Source: Candidatus Woesearchaeota archaeon (lineage in GTDB: Archaea > Nanobdellota > Nanobdellia > Pacearchaeales > GW2011-AR1). From it: a DNA stretch of 45,013 nt. The number at the start of each line of letters is the position of its first letter. Within the stretch, counting starts at the first letter, position 1. The DNA lies in contig CAYHYK010000001.1 in the NCBI GenBank assembly GCA_964360985.1, positions 1 to 45,013 of the forward strand. Reading direction: 5' to 3'. The notes beneath the pieces are model-generated. The model was not told where the DNA came from and searched no databases. It saw only the letters and a program-made list of their open reading frames with translations. Position numbers and translations under genes: made by a program. Below, in pieces: positions 7,956 to 17,360 of this stretch.

Positions 7956-8585
7956 TTATTTATCGCTAACTTCTTTCTCTAAAGCATTTTTCTCTTCTTG
8001 TAATCTTCTCATTTCTTCTTCCCCTATTTCTTCCATAGCTTTCTCACTAACTAATTCAAGTACTCTTATTTCACAAAAAGCTAAAGGATATATCTTCTTA
8101 AGAGCAAAAGACATCCCTCTCTGAAGTTTATTAGCAATAATATCAGAGAATAATTCTTTAGTCGTTCTTATCTTCAAATACTCTGTCGCAAACTTTCTAG
8201 CCTCATTTCTCAAAGCATTTCTTATATTTCTAGAAACTTTTCTCCTAGTTATTAAAAAAGGTTTAACAATAAAAATAGCATCTCTACACTTAGTCTTAAA
8301 AGAATCTTCAACGTAATCTATTCCTCTTCTCATCGATCTTCTTATATACGATTGTGCAAGTGCAGCTCTAACAGGTGTAGCCTTAAGTTTTCCATCCTCA
8401 TTCTTTATTTTCATTTTTAACTCCAAATTCTTACCTCTTAAATTCTTCGTTAAATCTAATATTATTGCCCTGCCATCAAACTCTTCAACACTTGTTCCAT
8501 ACAAAGAAACTTTAGAAGAAGTTAAGGGAGTTTCAACTTCATGAAAACTCTTCTTCAGCCCTCGACTCTTTGGTTTTTGATCCAT
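7956..8585 (-). CDS. rps3ae: 30S ribosomal protein S3Ae (eS1)
   Basis: Characteristic eS1 sequence, e.g. 'FDGRAIILDLTKNLRGKNLELKMKI...IRRSMRRGIDYVEDSF...ALKKIYPL'. Confidence 0.9.
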   Translation of the reverse strand: MDQKPKSRGLKKSFHEVETPLTSSKVSLYGTSVEEFDGRAIILDLTKNLRGKNLELKMKIKNEDGKLKATPVRAALAQSYIRRSMRRGIDYVEDSFKTKCRDAIFIVKPFLITRRKVSRNIRNALRNEARKFATEYLKIRTTKELFSDIIANKLQRGMSFALKKIYPLAFCEIRVLELVSEKAMEEIGEEEMRRLQEEKNALEKEVSDK

Positions 8586-8586
8586 T

Positions 8587-8916
8587 TTACTTTGAAATCT
8601 TCTCTCCTATTTCTACTCTTCCTGATCTTATTGCTTTTTTAATATTATGCATTTTCTTACATGTCTTACACTTATATGTTACAGTAATTCTCTTGGTAAC
8701 CTTAGCCTTCATTTTCCAATCTTTAGGACCCTTTCTGCTTCTTCTTCCCAAATTACCAAATCCTCCTCGCAGTCCTCTCAACTTCTCTCTAGAACTAGAA
8801 CCTCTTGATAAAGGATGTGTAGCAGATCTTGCTCTTTGTTTAGCTGTATCTACTAAATGTGCAGTATGTTTTCTGCAATACGGACAATATCTCTTGGTTT
8901 CTTTAGGTAACTTCAT
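8587..8916 (-). CDS. rpl44e: 50S ribosomal protein L44e (eL42)
   Basis: 'KRYCPYCRKHTAH' and 'YKCKTCKK' zinc ribbon with basic composition. Lies directly upstream of S3Ae on the same strand. Confidence 0.9.
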   Translation of the reverse strand: MKLPKETKRYCPYCRKHTAHLVDTAKQRARSATHPLSRGSSSREKLRGLRGGFGNLGRRSRKGPKDWKMKAKVTKRITVTYKCKTCKKMHNIKKAIRSGRVEIGEKISK

Positions 8917-9002
8917 CTTATTGGTCTAAAAGCTAACCATTGATCGACCACCAATGGGTGTGCTATAAATATACTCCTAATTGACAGTTTTTAAACATTG
9001 CG

Positions 9003-9605
9003 TTAATGTTCTTTCCCAATAATCTCTGCTATTTTCTTGCTTCTAAAATATCCTTCATGAACTTCTAGTCCTTGCATTCTATACAAAGCCTCTAAATACT
9101 TTCTAACATAAAATATATTTTCTCCCTCTCCTCTCAACATAGCATCCATATCTGTCGATCTCTCAATCTTGGCATGAACCCCAAGAGCAAATACTCTTGC
9201 ATTATCTACATTGGAAACACTAGGTAAATCTTTAATTACACTTTCTATTCCATTTTGAGCCCCATCATAAAGCGCTGCTCTTAATTCTCCCATTCTATGA
9301 TCTCCGCGAGCAATATGACTCATTTCGTGAGCGAATGCCCCTCCTAAAATCTCAAAAAATTTAGGATTATAAATCAAATCTACAGGTAGACTCCCTTCCA
9401 TATAAGCAACACCATTATCATCTCCACAAACATGCAAGTCTGCCGTTCCATCTTGACTAAACCCCATGCTTAAGACTATTTCGCTATTTCTTATATCCTT
9501 GAAAGATCCATCTATTAAACCATGAAATATATGTTTTACTACAATAGGTGAATAAACTTCACCTGCAATTTCTCTTAAATCACTAAAATCCATTTCATTA
9601 TCCAT
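9003..9605 (-). CDS. Putative soluble zinc metalloprotease (HExxH)
   Basis: 'FAHEMSHIARGDH' has an HExxH plus downstream acidic/His pattern, as in M48/M56-type peptidases. ATG 9605 has TTTAAAAA (complement of 9627..9634) about 25 nt upstream; the track start is TTG. Confidence 0.45.
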   Translation of the reverse strand: MDNEMDFSDLREIAGEVYSPIVVKHIFHGLIDGSFKDIRNSEIVLSMGFSQDGTADLHVCGDDNGVAYMEGSLPVDLIYNPKFFEILGGAFAHEMSHIARGDHRMGELRAALYDGAQNGIESVIKDLPSVSNVDNARVFALGVHAKIERSTDMDAMLRGEGENIFYVRKYLEALYRMQGLEVHEGYFRSKKIAEIIGKEH

Positions 9606-9705
9606 ATATTTTCCTTGCAAAATCCATTTTTAAACCTTTGCTTCTGTCACTACTTCTCAATAACCAATAAGTAACTTCTATTCAATGTTTACCTAAACAG
9701 AAACC

Positions 9706-9713
9706 TTTAAAAT
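9706..9713 (+). promoter_or_regulatory. TATA box of the S15 gene (leaderless arrangement)
   Basis: TTTAAAAT is centred about 26 nt upstream of ATG 9735. The same spacing is seen for many genes in the window. Confidence 0.45.
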
Positions 9714-9734
9714 ACCCTTAATCTAAAATCAAAG

Positions 9735-10124
9735 ATGCCAAAAACAAAGAAAATAGAAGCAGAAGAAGATATTCAAGCCGATGCTCCTAAAGAAAAAACA
9801 ACAGAGAAATCTAGTTGGATAAAGATAAAACCTCAAGAACTATACATCATAGTATCAGATTTGGCAAAACAAGGGAATTCTCCCTCAAAGATAGGAATTA
9901 TCCTTAGAGACAAACACGCAGTACCTAAATCAAAACTTCTAGGGAAAAAGATAACATCTATATTAAAAAAAGAAAATATAACTTACATAAAAGATAAAGA
10001 TATAATAAACAAAAAAGTCCAGACTCTTAAAGATCATATAGGAAAAAACAAGTATGATAATTCTGCCAAGCGTTCTTTAGCAAAACAATTATGGCTTCTA
10101 CATAGTATCAATAAAAATCAATAA
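9735..10124 (+). CDS. rps15: 30S ribosomal protein S15 (uS15/S13e type)
   Basis: 'LAKQGNSPSKIGIILRDKHAVPKSK...GKKITSILKK' and C-terminal 'KDHIGKNKYDNSAKRSL' match archaeal S15. Confidence 0.85.
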   Translation: MPKTKKIEAEEDIQADAPKEKTTEKSSWIKIKPQELYIIVSDLAKQGNSPSKIGIILRDKHAVPKSKLLGKKITSILKKENITYIKDKDIINKKVQTLKDHIGKNKYDNSAKRSLAKQLWLLHSINKNQ

Positions 10125-10143
10125 ATTTCATAACACTTAGAGG

Positions 10144-11454
10144 ATGATAGAAAAAATAAAAAAAGCAATAGAATTGATTAAATCCACCTCTCTTCCTATA
10201 AAAGTTATAAGTCACTTCGACACAGATGGAATAACTTCTGCAGCCATTTTCTCAAGAGCATTACAAAGAATAGGTAAAAACTTCACACTTCAAATAATAA
10301 AGGGTCTTGAAGAAGACTTAATAAAGAATTTACCAGAAAACCACATGATAATCTTTCTTGATTTAGCATCAGGGAGTTTAAAATATATAAAAGAAAAATC
10401 AAACCCTTTTATAATATTCGACCATCACGAATTATCTCAAGAAATTCCTCCTAATGTATTCATGGTAAATCCTCTCTTAGAAGGTGAAGAGTCACTCTGT
10501 AGCGCAGCAATATGCTACCTATTCGCAAAAACACTATCCCCTCAAAACAAAGATCTTGCAAATTTAGCAGTAATAGGAATGGTAGGGGATAGTCATGATC
10601 AAAACATAGGAAAAAGATACGATGAAATAATAAAAGACGCTGATGCTTCAGTAAAAAAAGGATTAATGATATATCCTTCAACAAGACCTCTTGATAAAGC
10701 CTTGGAATATTCATCCTCTCCCTATATTCCAAACGTTACAGGCTCATACAAAGGAGTAATAGAACTACTAAGAGAAGCAAACATTCCAAAAATAAATGGT
10801 TCTTTTAAAGCCCTCTATGAATTAACTGATGAAGAGATGACTAACTTAATTACTTCAATAGTATTAAAAAACCCTGCAAAAATAAACACTGACAAATTAA
10901 TAGGCAATCTTTATCTCATAAAATCTCATAATCGCGTTGAAGATGCAAGGGAAATATCCGCACTTATAAATTCCGGAAGTAGAATGGGTCATCCATACAT
11001 TTCTCTTGGTTTCTGTTTAGGAAACAAAACAATGAAGTCAAAAGCAGAAAAAGTATACATAGAATATAAACAACAATTAGTATCTGCTCTTAAATATATT
11101 ACAGAAGCAGAAAAAATAACTGGAAACAATTACACAATAATAAACGCCAAAAACAATATCAGAGATACAATAATAGGTACAGTAGCTTCAATAATATCTC
11201 GTTCGCCTGTTTATACAGAAGGAACAATAATAATCGCTCTTGCATATAGCGAAAACAAAATAAAAGTATCAGCAAGAATTGCAGGAAGAGAAGGGCGTAA
11301 CGTACGTGAAGTCCTGGAAAAAGTAGTAGTTCCACTCGGAGGTGAAGTAGGAGGTCATCCAAACGCTGCAGGTTGCCTTATATCAAAAGATCATGAAAGC
11401 CAATTCATAGAAGAATTAAAAAAAGTCCTAGATATAGAACTTATAAAAGTATAA
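10144..11454 (+). CDS. DHH/DHHA1 phosphoesterase, archaeal RecJ/GAN (Cdc45-like)
   Basis: DHH motifs 'HFDTDGITSAA', 'FDHH' and 'GMVGDS', and the DHHA1 motif 'GGHPNAAG'. S15-RecJ adjacency is a common archaeal arrangement. Confidence 0.8.
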   Translation: MIEKIKKAIELIKSTSLPIKVISHFDTDGITSAAIFSRALQRIGKNFTLQIIKGLEEDLIKNLPENHMIIFLDLASGSLKYIKEKSNPFIIFDHHELSQEIPPNVFMVNPLLEGEESLCSAAICYLFAKTLSPQNKDLANLAVIGMVGDSHDQNIGKRYDEIIKDADASVKKGLMIYPSTRPLDKALEYSSSPYIPNVTGSYKGVIELLREANIPKINGSFKALYELTDEEMTNLITSIVLKNPAKINTDKLIGNLYLIKSHNRVEDAREISALINSGSRMGHPYISLGFCLGNKTMKSKAEKVYIEYKQQLVSALKYITEAEKITGNNYTIINAKNNIRDTIIGTVASIISRSPVYTEGTIIIALAYSENKIKVSARIAGREGRNVREVLEKVVVPLGGEVGGHPNAAGCLISKDHESQFIEELKKVLDIELIKV

Positions 11455-11493
11455 AACAATAATTCTTTTAAATCCTAATTCTTTTTAGATCTT

Positions 11494-11985
11494 ATGGAAA
11501 TTTCAGATATAGTTCTTCAGCAGATTCCAGAAGAAGAATTTGCTCAACTTCATAGACTTTGGTATCCACAATCTACAATTATCGAACAATGCAACAAAGC
11601 TATGATATTAAACCCTTTATCTTTTTATAGCTATAATAACTTAATAGAATGGTTCTTAAAAAACCCGAAGTCTCATAGTACAAATATATATGACAAAGGA
11701 AAATGGAAAAAATATAAAAAAAGAGAATTAGACGACATACAAATATCAGAACTAAAATCAAAAAAAGAGCATAACCTGGAGAATTTACCCGTATTAGACT
11801 TAATATTTAATATTAGAACCTACCAATCTCCACGCCTTAAAATTCGTTTTTGTAGAAATAAAGAGAATTACATAGGATACACTATGTTATTCGCTCAAGA
11901 AGCTTATCACAAACTTAGTTGGATATCTCGACCCAATTTCAAAGAACGAATATATGTTCACGGATTATCAAATCCGCGTTCATAA
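11494..11985 (+). CDS. Hypothetical protein (163 aa)
   Basis: ATG ORF with no overlapping alternative and no recognisable motif. Confidence 0.4.
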   Translation: MEISDIVLQQIPEEEFAQLHRLWYPQSTIIEQCNKAMILNPLSFYSYNNLIEWFLKNPKSHSTNIYDKGKWKKYKKRELDDIQISELKSKKEHNLENLPVLDLIFNIRTYQSPRLKIRFCRNKENYIGYTMLFAQEAYHKLSWISRPNFKERIYVHGLSNPRS

Positions 11986-11995
11986 TAACAAAACC

Positions 11996-12003
11996 TTTAA
12001 AAC
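11996..12003 (+). promoter_or_regulatory. TATA box of the S27e-aIF2alpha unit
   Basis: TTTAAAAC is centred about 25 nt upstream of ATG 12025. Confidence 0.45.
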
Positions 12004-12024
12004 TGCCTTCCTCTTGAACTTTCC

Positions 12025-12207
12025 ATGCCCAAAATAAAGAAAAGCAAATTCCTGAAAGTAGAATGTCCTAGATGTAATAATTGTCAAATAGTATTTGGAA
12101 AATCCGCTTCCACCGTAAAATGCGAAAAATGCAACTACCTCCTTCTAAAAACAACTGGAGGAAAAGCCAAAATAAAAGGCCAAGTTAAACAAATACTATG
12201 GAATTAG
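12025..12207 (+). CDS. rps27e: 30S ribosomal protein S27e (eS27)
   Basis: C4 zinc ribbon 'CPRCNN...CEKCN' in a 60-aa basic protein. Its 3' end overlaps the aIF2alpha start. Confidence 0.9.
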   Translation: MPKIKKSKFLKVECPRCNNCQIVFGKSASTVKCEKCNYLLLKTTGGKAKIKGQVKQILWN

Positions 12208-12902
12208 ATCTAATAGAAGGGCAATTTGTCCTTTGCACAGTTAAAAAAATAGAAAAAACTAACATTTTCCTAGATATAGAAGGTTTTGGAGAAGGTTCAA
12301 TGGTGTTATCAGAAGTAGCAGCAGGTAGAATAAGAAACTTAAGAGAATATGTTTTTCCAAACAAAAAAATAGTTTGTAAGGTACTAAGCATCTCAAAAGA
12401 TCATGTCGAACTTAGTCTTAGAAGAGTAACTGCAAAAGAAAGGGAAGAAGTCTTAGAAAAACACAAAAAAGAACGCAGCCTAACAAGCATGTTAAAAAAT
12501 GTAGTAGCTAATCCAGAAGAAATAGTTAAAAAAATAAAAAAAGAAGAGGATTTCATCTTATTCCTCGAAGAAGCAAAGGACAATCCTGAAACATTAAAGA
12601 AATACTTTACAAAAGAACAAATTGAAAAGTTAATTAGTATACTCAAAGAAAAAGTAGAGAAAAAAAAAGAAGTTAAAAAAATATTTAAGTTATCCTCAAA
12701 TTCAAAAGAAGGAATAAATGAAATTAAATATATCTTAGATATTCCAGATGTCGACATTCGTTATCTTGGTTCATCAAAATTCTCTCTCTTGCTAAAAGAA
12801 AAAGACTTTAAAGAAGCGAATAAAAAAATAGCAGCAGTTATCGAAGAACTGAAATCACGTTCAAAACAAAAACATGCTGTTTTTGAAATAATTGAAAAAT
12901 GA
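12198..12902 (+). CDS. eif2a: Translation initiation factor aIF2 alpha subunit
   Basis: N-terminal S1/OB domain 'GQFVLCTVKKIEKTNIFLDIEGF..GSMVLSEVAAGRIRNLREYV...VCKVLSI' followed by a helical domain. Lies in the conserved S27e-aIF2a-Nop10 context. Confidence 0.8.
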   Translation: MELDLIEGQFVLCTVKKIEKTNIFLDIEGFGEGSMVLSEVAAGRIRNLREYVFPNKKIVCKVLSISKDHVELSLRRVTAKEREEVLEKHKKERSLTSMLKNVVANPEEIVKKIKKEEDFILFLEEAKDNPETLKKYFTKEQIEKLISILKEKVEKKKEVKKIFKLSSNSKEGINEIKYILDIPDVDIRYLGSSKFSLLLKEKDFKEANKKIAAVIEELKSRSKQKHAVFEIIEK

Positions 12903-12916
12903 AAAATAAGAAAAAA

Positions 12917-13858
12917 CTAGCAATTTTTTATTGCCTCAAAATTTGCCTTTAGAGATAAGTTTGTCTCATCCGCATTTATCACTCTTATTGAAACACCCTG
13001 TATATCTTTTAAGTCATCCTCGGTTACTTCTTTAGTTTCGCTATGCCCTGAACTATCTGTAACCTTTATAGTTGCAGAAGTGTCTGAAGCAGAAACTAAC
13101 TCGAATTTATATAATTCACCACATAAACTCCTCTCTCCCATTACATTATCATGAGAAAGTTCAAAGTAAGCCCTTTCAGAATTTCTAGAAGTTCCTGTTC
13201 CTCCACCTAAACTTCCACTACCCGTACTTTCAGGCAATCCAGAATCTGCCAATTTCAAAACTTCTTTTGGAATACAAAGATATTGAAGCGAAACTATCGA
13301 TCCTTCAATCCAATCATTATGGGCTTTTGCTTCATTGATATTGATAGTTTGATCACAAGTAAAAAGTCCAGTCACATCATAATTAAAGTATTGGGTGTCT
13401 GGATGAACTATTCCACCAATCCCTAATAAGCACTCTTTTTCTGAGCCACATGCAATGCGTCCATTAACAGTTTCAAGCATTCCCTCTCTACCCATCCTGA
13501 TTTGGCCTGTAGACACAGAATTTCCAAACATTTCAGCAACACCCTGATAGGTTACTTTTGATAAAGATCCTTCCTTAGCAATACAAAAATCAGTTCCACG
13601 CGGATTAGACACACTAGGGCTTAACTGTTTACAATAAAGTCCAGAATTACATTCCAAATCATTATCACAATCTCCCTGTTTCAATGCACATTTAGTAGAA
13701 CTTGTACATCCTGGAGGCAATCTATCATAATCTACTCCATCTATACTAATAATTGCATTTCCAGTTAATCCTCCAAAAGAACCAACTACGAAAGCTATAG
13801 ATAACAAAGCAACAATGACAACCATCCAAGAAACTCTCTTACTAACTCCTTTTTTCAT
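12917..13858 (-). CDS. Secreted or membrane-anchored cysteine-rich protein (313 aa)
   Basis: N-terminal anchor 'WMVVIVALLSIAFVV'. Cys-rich module 'CTSSTKCALKQGDCDNDLECNSGLYC'. Encoded on the opposite strand between aIF2alpha and Nop10. Confidence 0.5.
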   Translation of the reverse strand: MKKGVSKRVSWMVVIVALLSIAFVVGSFGGLTGNAIISIDGVDYDRLPPGCTSSTKCALKQGDCDNDLECNSGLYCKQLSPSVSNPRGTDFCIAKEGSLSKVTYQGVAEMFGNSVSTGQIRMGREGMLETVNGRIACGSEKECLLGIGGIVHPDTQYFNYDVTGLFTCDQTININEAKAHNDWIEGSIVSLQYLCIPKEVLKLADSGLPESTGSGSLGGGTGTSRNSERAYFELSHDNVMGERSLCGELYKFELVSASDTSATIKVTDSSGHSETKEVTEDDLKDIQGVSIRVINADETNLSLKANFEAIKNC

Positions 13859-13935
13859 TTAACACCTCCTTTCATAAATAATAAACATCTAGTATCATTC
13901 GAAGAATATATATATAGCTTTCCATTTTTCAATTT

Positions 13936-14073
13936 ATGACAAAACTCAACAAATGTCCTTCTAACCACTACACCCTAAAAGAAATATGTCCTATTTGTAC
14001 TCAAAAAACAAAATCCGCTCATTATAAATTCATTAAAATTCGTTCAGCACCTAAAAACAAAAGCCTTAAATAG
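13936..14073 (+). CDS. nop10: H/ACA RNP subunit Nop10 (45 aa, absent from the ORF track)
   Basis: Manual translation gives MTKLNKCPSNHYTLKEICPICTQKTKSAHYKFIKIRSAPKNKSLK. 'KCP..YTLKEICP.C..KT' is the Nop10 signature. A TATA run (13905..13917) lies about 25 nt upstream. Confidence 0.8.
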   Translation: MTKLNKCPSNHYTLKEICPICTQKTKSAHYKFIKIRSAPKNKSLK

Positions 14074-14093
14074 TTTCTAACTCTAAGTAAAAC

Positions 14094-14375
14094 ATGGTAG
14101 AACTTAAGGTAAGATTAGGACCAAAGGGGCAAATTGTAATCCCAAAGATACTAAGAGAAGCCTATGGAATATATCCCCAGCAAGAAGTTATAATAAAAGA
14201 AGAGCGAGAAGGCGTCTTAATAAAAAAGCCTGTAAAAGATATAGTAGAAAAATTAAGAAAAATTGCAGAAAAGATAAATGAAGATAAAAAGGTAAATACT
14301 CTGGACACGAAAGCAATGAAAAAAATATTCTATGAGCAATACGAAAAACGAACAGGAATATCAATTAGAAAATAA
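14094..14375 (+). CDS. vapB: AbrB/SpoVT-type antitoxin (VapB-like)
   Basis: 'GPKGQIVIPKILREAYGI' is a swapped-hairpin AbrB motif. It overlaps the downstream PIN gene. Confidence 0.7.
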   Translation: MVELKVRLGPKGQIVIPKILREAYGIYPQQEVIIKEEREGVLIKKPVKDIVEKLRKIAEKINEDKKVNTLDTKAMKKIFYEQYEKRTGISIRK

Positions 14376-14781
14376 AGAGACATATATAGATTCAAATCTT
14401 CTTATTTATTCTGTAATAGACATAGGAGAAAAAGGAGAAAAAGCAAGAAAAGTTATAGAAAAGATAAAAGATGGAGATTATAAAGCCTATACTTCCACTT
14501 TAACATTAGATGAGGTGATGTGGATAGTACAAAATCAAAAAGATAAAGAAACTGCCTATGAGAGCGCAAAAACTATTATGGACATACCCAATCTTCATTT
14601 TATTTCAGTAAATATAGAAACGATAATGAAAGCATTAGAAATATATAATAAGAATAAATTAAATCCAAGAGATTCAATTCACCTAGCAGCAATAAAAGAA
14701 AAAAATTTAAAAATGATTATGAGCTCTGATTCGGATTTTGATAAGATAGAAGATCTAAAAAGAATTGATTTCACTAAATAA
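14332..14781 (+). CDS. vapC: PIN-domain ribonuclease toxin (VapC-like)
   Basis: 'TYIDSNLLIY' carries the first acidic residue. 'TLDEVMW', 'PRDSIHLA' and 'SSDSDFD' follow in the typical PIN pattern. Confidence 0.75.
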   Translation: MSNTKNEQEYQLENKETYIDSNLLIYSVIDIGEKGEKARKVIEKIKDGDYKAYTSTLTLDEVMWIVQNQKDKETAYESAKTIMDIPNLHFISVNIETIMKALEIYNKNKLNPRDSIHLAAIKEKNLKMIMSSDSDFDKIEDLKRIDFTK

Positions 14782-14782
14782 T

Positions 14783-16537
14783 TTAATCTTTTCTATCTTC
14801 AAGAGCACTTTGTTCTCTCCACATAGCATAATATAACCCCTTCTTTTTTAATAAAAGACCATGTGTTCCATTTTCAATAATTTTCCCTCTTTCAAGAACA
14901 TAAATACTATCTGCATGAGTAAGAGTGGATAATCTATGTGCAATTAAAACTACCATTAAATTAGGTCTTGCCTTAATTATATTCTGAACAGTCTTGCTAA
15001 TTTCTCGTTCAGTCAAAGAATCCAAACTGCTTGTAGCCTCATCAAAAATAATCAAATCAGGATTACGCAGTAATGCTCTTGCAACAGCAAGTCTCTGTCG
15101 TTCTCCACCACTAAGTTTAATTCCTCCCTCTCCAATTCTGGTATCGAGTCCCTTATCCCCACGTGTAAGTAAATCGTTAACAGAAGCAAGTTTTAAAACC
15201 TTAATGCATTCCGCATCATTTGCATCAGGATTGACAAAGAGTAAATTCTCTCTTAAACTGCCTGCAAACAATTGAGTATCCTGAGATACAAGTCCTATTC
15301 TCCTCCTTAACGCATCATAATCGATATCTAAAGAATTTTTTCCATTTATCTCTATTTTTCCTTTTGTCGGAGAATATAATCCAACAAGCAATTTAATCAA
15401 TGTAGTCTTTCCACTTCCAGAAGGCCCAGCAAAAGCAATAGTCTCTCCTGCATTAAGTTGCAGATTAATTTTCCTAAGAGAAGGTTTATCCCCTCCACCA
15501 TAAGAAAATTCAACATTCTTAAACTTAATATTTTTCAAAGTACTAATTTCTTTTGGATTTAGAGATTTTTCCTTAGGCTGCATCTTAAGAACTTCCGCAA
15601 GTTTTTCATTACTAGCACGAGCTTCCTGGTAATGTGTAGCTATAGTGCCAAGTTCTCCTAAAGGAGTAAATACAAAAAATGAATAAATATACAAGCTGAA
15701 AAATTCTCCTAAGGTTATTCCCTCATTATAAACAAGCCATAAAAGAAGCAATAACAAACTAACTCTCATAAAATTAATGATAGTTCCCTGAATAAAACTT
15801 ATTTTTCTTACTATTACAATTTTCTTAAGTTCTAATTCTAAAATCTTTTCATTAACTTCATTAAGTCTTCCTATTTCCTGTGTTTCTAGTCCCAAACTCT
15901 TGACAAGTTCTACATTTCTTAAAGTTTCAGTAGTATTTCCAGCTAAAGCAGAAGTCTGTGCAACAATATTCTTCTGTGCCTCTTTAATTCTCTTACTCAA
16001 AACAAATGTCAAACCTCCTAATATAGGAATTATCATAAAATAAGTAAGACCAACCATCCACTGAACACTAAAAGCATAAATTACAACAAACAAAATTCCA
16101 ACTAAAGACAAATAAATATTATTTATAAAACTGGCAATCCATGTCTGGGTATCCATTCTTGCTTTCTGTAATCTCTGAAGTAAATCTCCAGATCTCTGAT
16201 CCTCAAAGACCTCATAAGGTAGCGAAAAAGTATGTTTAACACTCTTAGAATACATTTCAGTACCCATTTTTTGAGTCATATAACTCACAGTATAATCTTG
16301 GAAATTCTTTGCAATTCTAGAAACCAACGCCACACCCATAGAAGCCGCAAGAAGTAATCCTACCCCTCTAAAAAAATCTCCTCTATCTAATTCAGAAAAT
16401 TTACTCGCATAGTTATCAATAATTAATCTGAATATCTGTGGATCCAAAAGTGAAAAGACCTGATTAATAGTTGCCAGTACAAGTGCCAAAAGTAATAGTC
16501 CTTTGTATCTCTTTAAATTATTCCATAATAGCCCCAT
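14783..16537 (-). CDS. ABC exporter, fused permease and ATPase (MsbA/ABCB type)
   Basis: Six N-terminal TM segments. Walker A 'GPSGSGKTT', signature 'LSGGERQR', Walker B 'LIIFDEATS' and an H-loop 'IAHRLST'. Confidence 0.9.
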   Translation of the reverse strand: MGLLWNNLKRYKGLLLLALVLATINQVFSLLDPQIFRLIIDNYASKFSELDRGDFFRGVGLLLAASMGVALVSRIAKNFQDYTVSYMTQKMGTEMYSKSVKHTFSLPYEVFEDQRSGDLLQRLQKARMDTQTWIASFINNIYLSLVGILFVVIYAFSVQWMVGLTYFMIIPILGGLTFVLSKRIKEAQKNIVAQTSALAGNTTETLRNVELVKSLGLETQEIGRLNEVNEKILELELKKIVIVRKISFIQGTIINFMRVSLLLLLLWLVYNEGITLGEFFSLYIYSFFVFTPLGELGTIATHYQEARASNEKLAEVLKMQPKEKSLNPKEISTLKNIKFKNVEFSYGGGDKPSLRKINLQLNAGETIAFAGPSGSGKTTLIKLLVGLYSPTKGKIEINGKNSLDIDYDALRRRIGLVSQDTQLFAGSLRENLLFVNPDANDAECIKVLKLASVNDLLTRGDKGLDTRIGEGGIKLSGGERQRLAVARALLRNPDLIIFDEATSSLDSLTEREISKTVQNIIKARPNLMVVLIAHRLSTLTHADSIYVLERGKIIENGTHGLLLKKKGLYYAMWREQSALEDRKD

Positions 16538-16578
16538 ATATGAAAGTAAAAAACATCGTTTTTATATCTTTTTGATAA

Positions 16579-17040
16579 TCAATATCTTATTATTTTGAAT
16601 CTCTCATCGAATTCAATTAAATTTTTTTCTTTATTTTCTAGAGAAGCATTTAAATTCCTTAAGAAGCTCTCTGGCTCAAGTTGACTATAGGTAGTTCGTA
16701 ATCTATTTCCCAAAAATAAATCAAAGCTCTTTCTTGGATATAGGGGAGTAGGAACTTCAAAACTATACAGTTTTAATTCTCTTGGAATATTATTAAAGTC
16801 AAGAATCAAGCCATAATGTTCCTCAACAGTAATATCATCAAAATAAGAATTGCAGCCTATTTCTAAACCCTGATTATGTTTAAAATTTAATGCTAAATAA
16901 GTAAATAAGTCTCTATCATGCAGCACCTCACCAATAACACTGTCTAAATCACTTCCTTCCTTGTATATGAATTGATTATTTATCTTTGCATTTATTGATT
17001 CTCTAATGCCTTCATCAATTACAGATTTTTTTACTAACAT
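16579..17040 (-). CDS. Hypothetical protein (153 aa)
   Basis: ATG ORF with no recognisable motif. Confidence 0.4.
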   Translation of the reverse strand: MLVKKSVIDEGIRESINAKINNQFIYKEGSDLDSVIGEVLHDRDLFTYLALNFKHNQGLEIGCNSYFDDITVEEHYGLILDFNNIPRELKLYSFEVPTPLYPRKSFDLFLGNRLRTTYSQLEPESFLRNLNASLENKEKNLIEFDERFKIIRY

Positions 17041-17111
17041 ATAAAATTTTAATTAGGTAGACTTATAAATATTATTATGTTTAGAACCTAATTAAAAAGA
17101 GGAAAGCAAAA

Positions 17112-17360
17112 ATGAAATACCGACTTAAACCGGTTGTCCAAAAAGTAGTGAACATATTAAATAAAGAATCCTTCTTTATTTAAAGAATGCGTGGAGACCA
17201 CATTATTATAAATAAAAATCCTCCATTAAGAAGACCTATTGTTCTGGTAAATGTAAAAAAACCAACAAATATTGTTCGTCAAAATCTTATCTCTGCATAC
17301 CACGAAGCAGGAGTCTCTAAAGAAATTATTGAGGAATTAAATGAACTATTAAGATACTAA
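17112..17360 (+). pseudogene. hicA: HicA-like mRNA interferase toxin interrupted by an in-frame TAA (17181..17183)
   Basis: Manual translation gives MKYRLKPVVQKVVNILNKESFFI*RMRGDHIIINKNPPLRRPIVLVNVKKP..., colinear with the HicA pattern (..LEK.GF..vRq.GSHhi...). The 57-aa remainder starts at ATG 17187. Confidence 0.55.

Noticed and set aside
17181-17183. The in-frame TAA in HicA as evidence of stop-codon reassignment or programmed readthrough.
   Set aside because: TAA terminates many well-supported genes in this window at the expected protein ends (for example SRP54, RadA, the MTase and ndk). A nonsense mutation or a truncated product is the simpler explanation.
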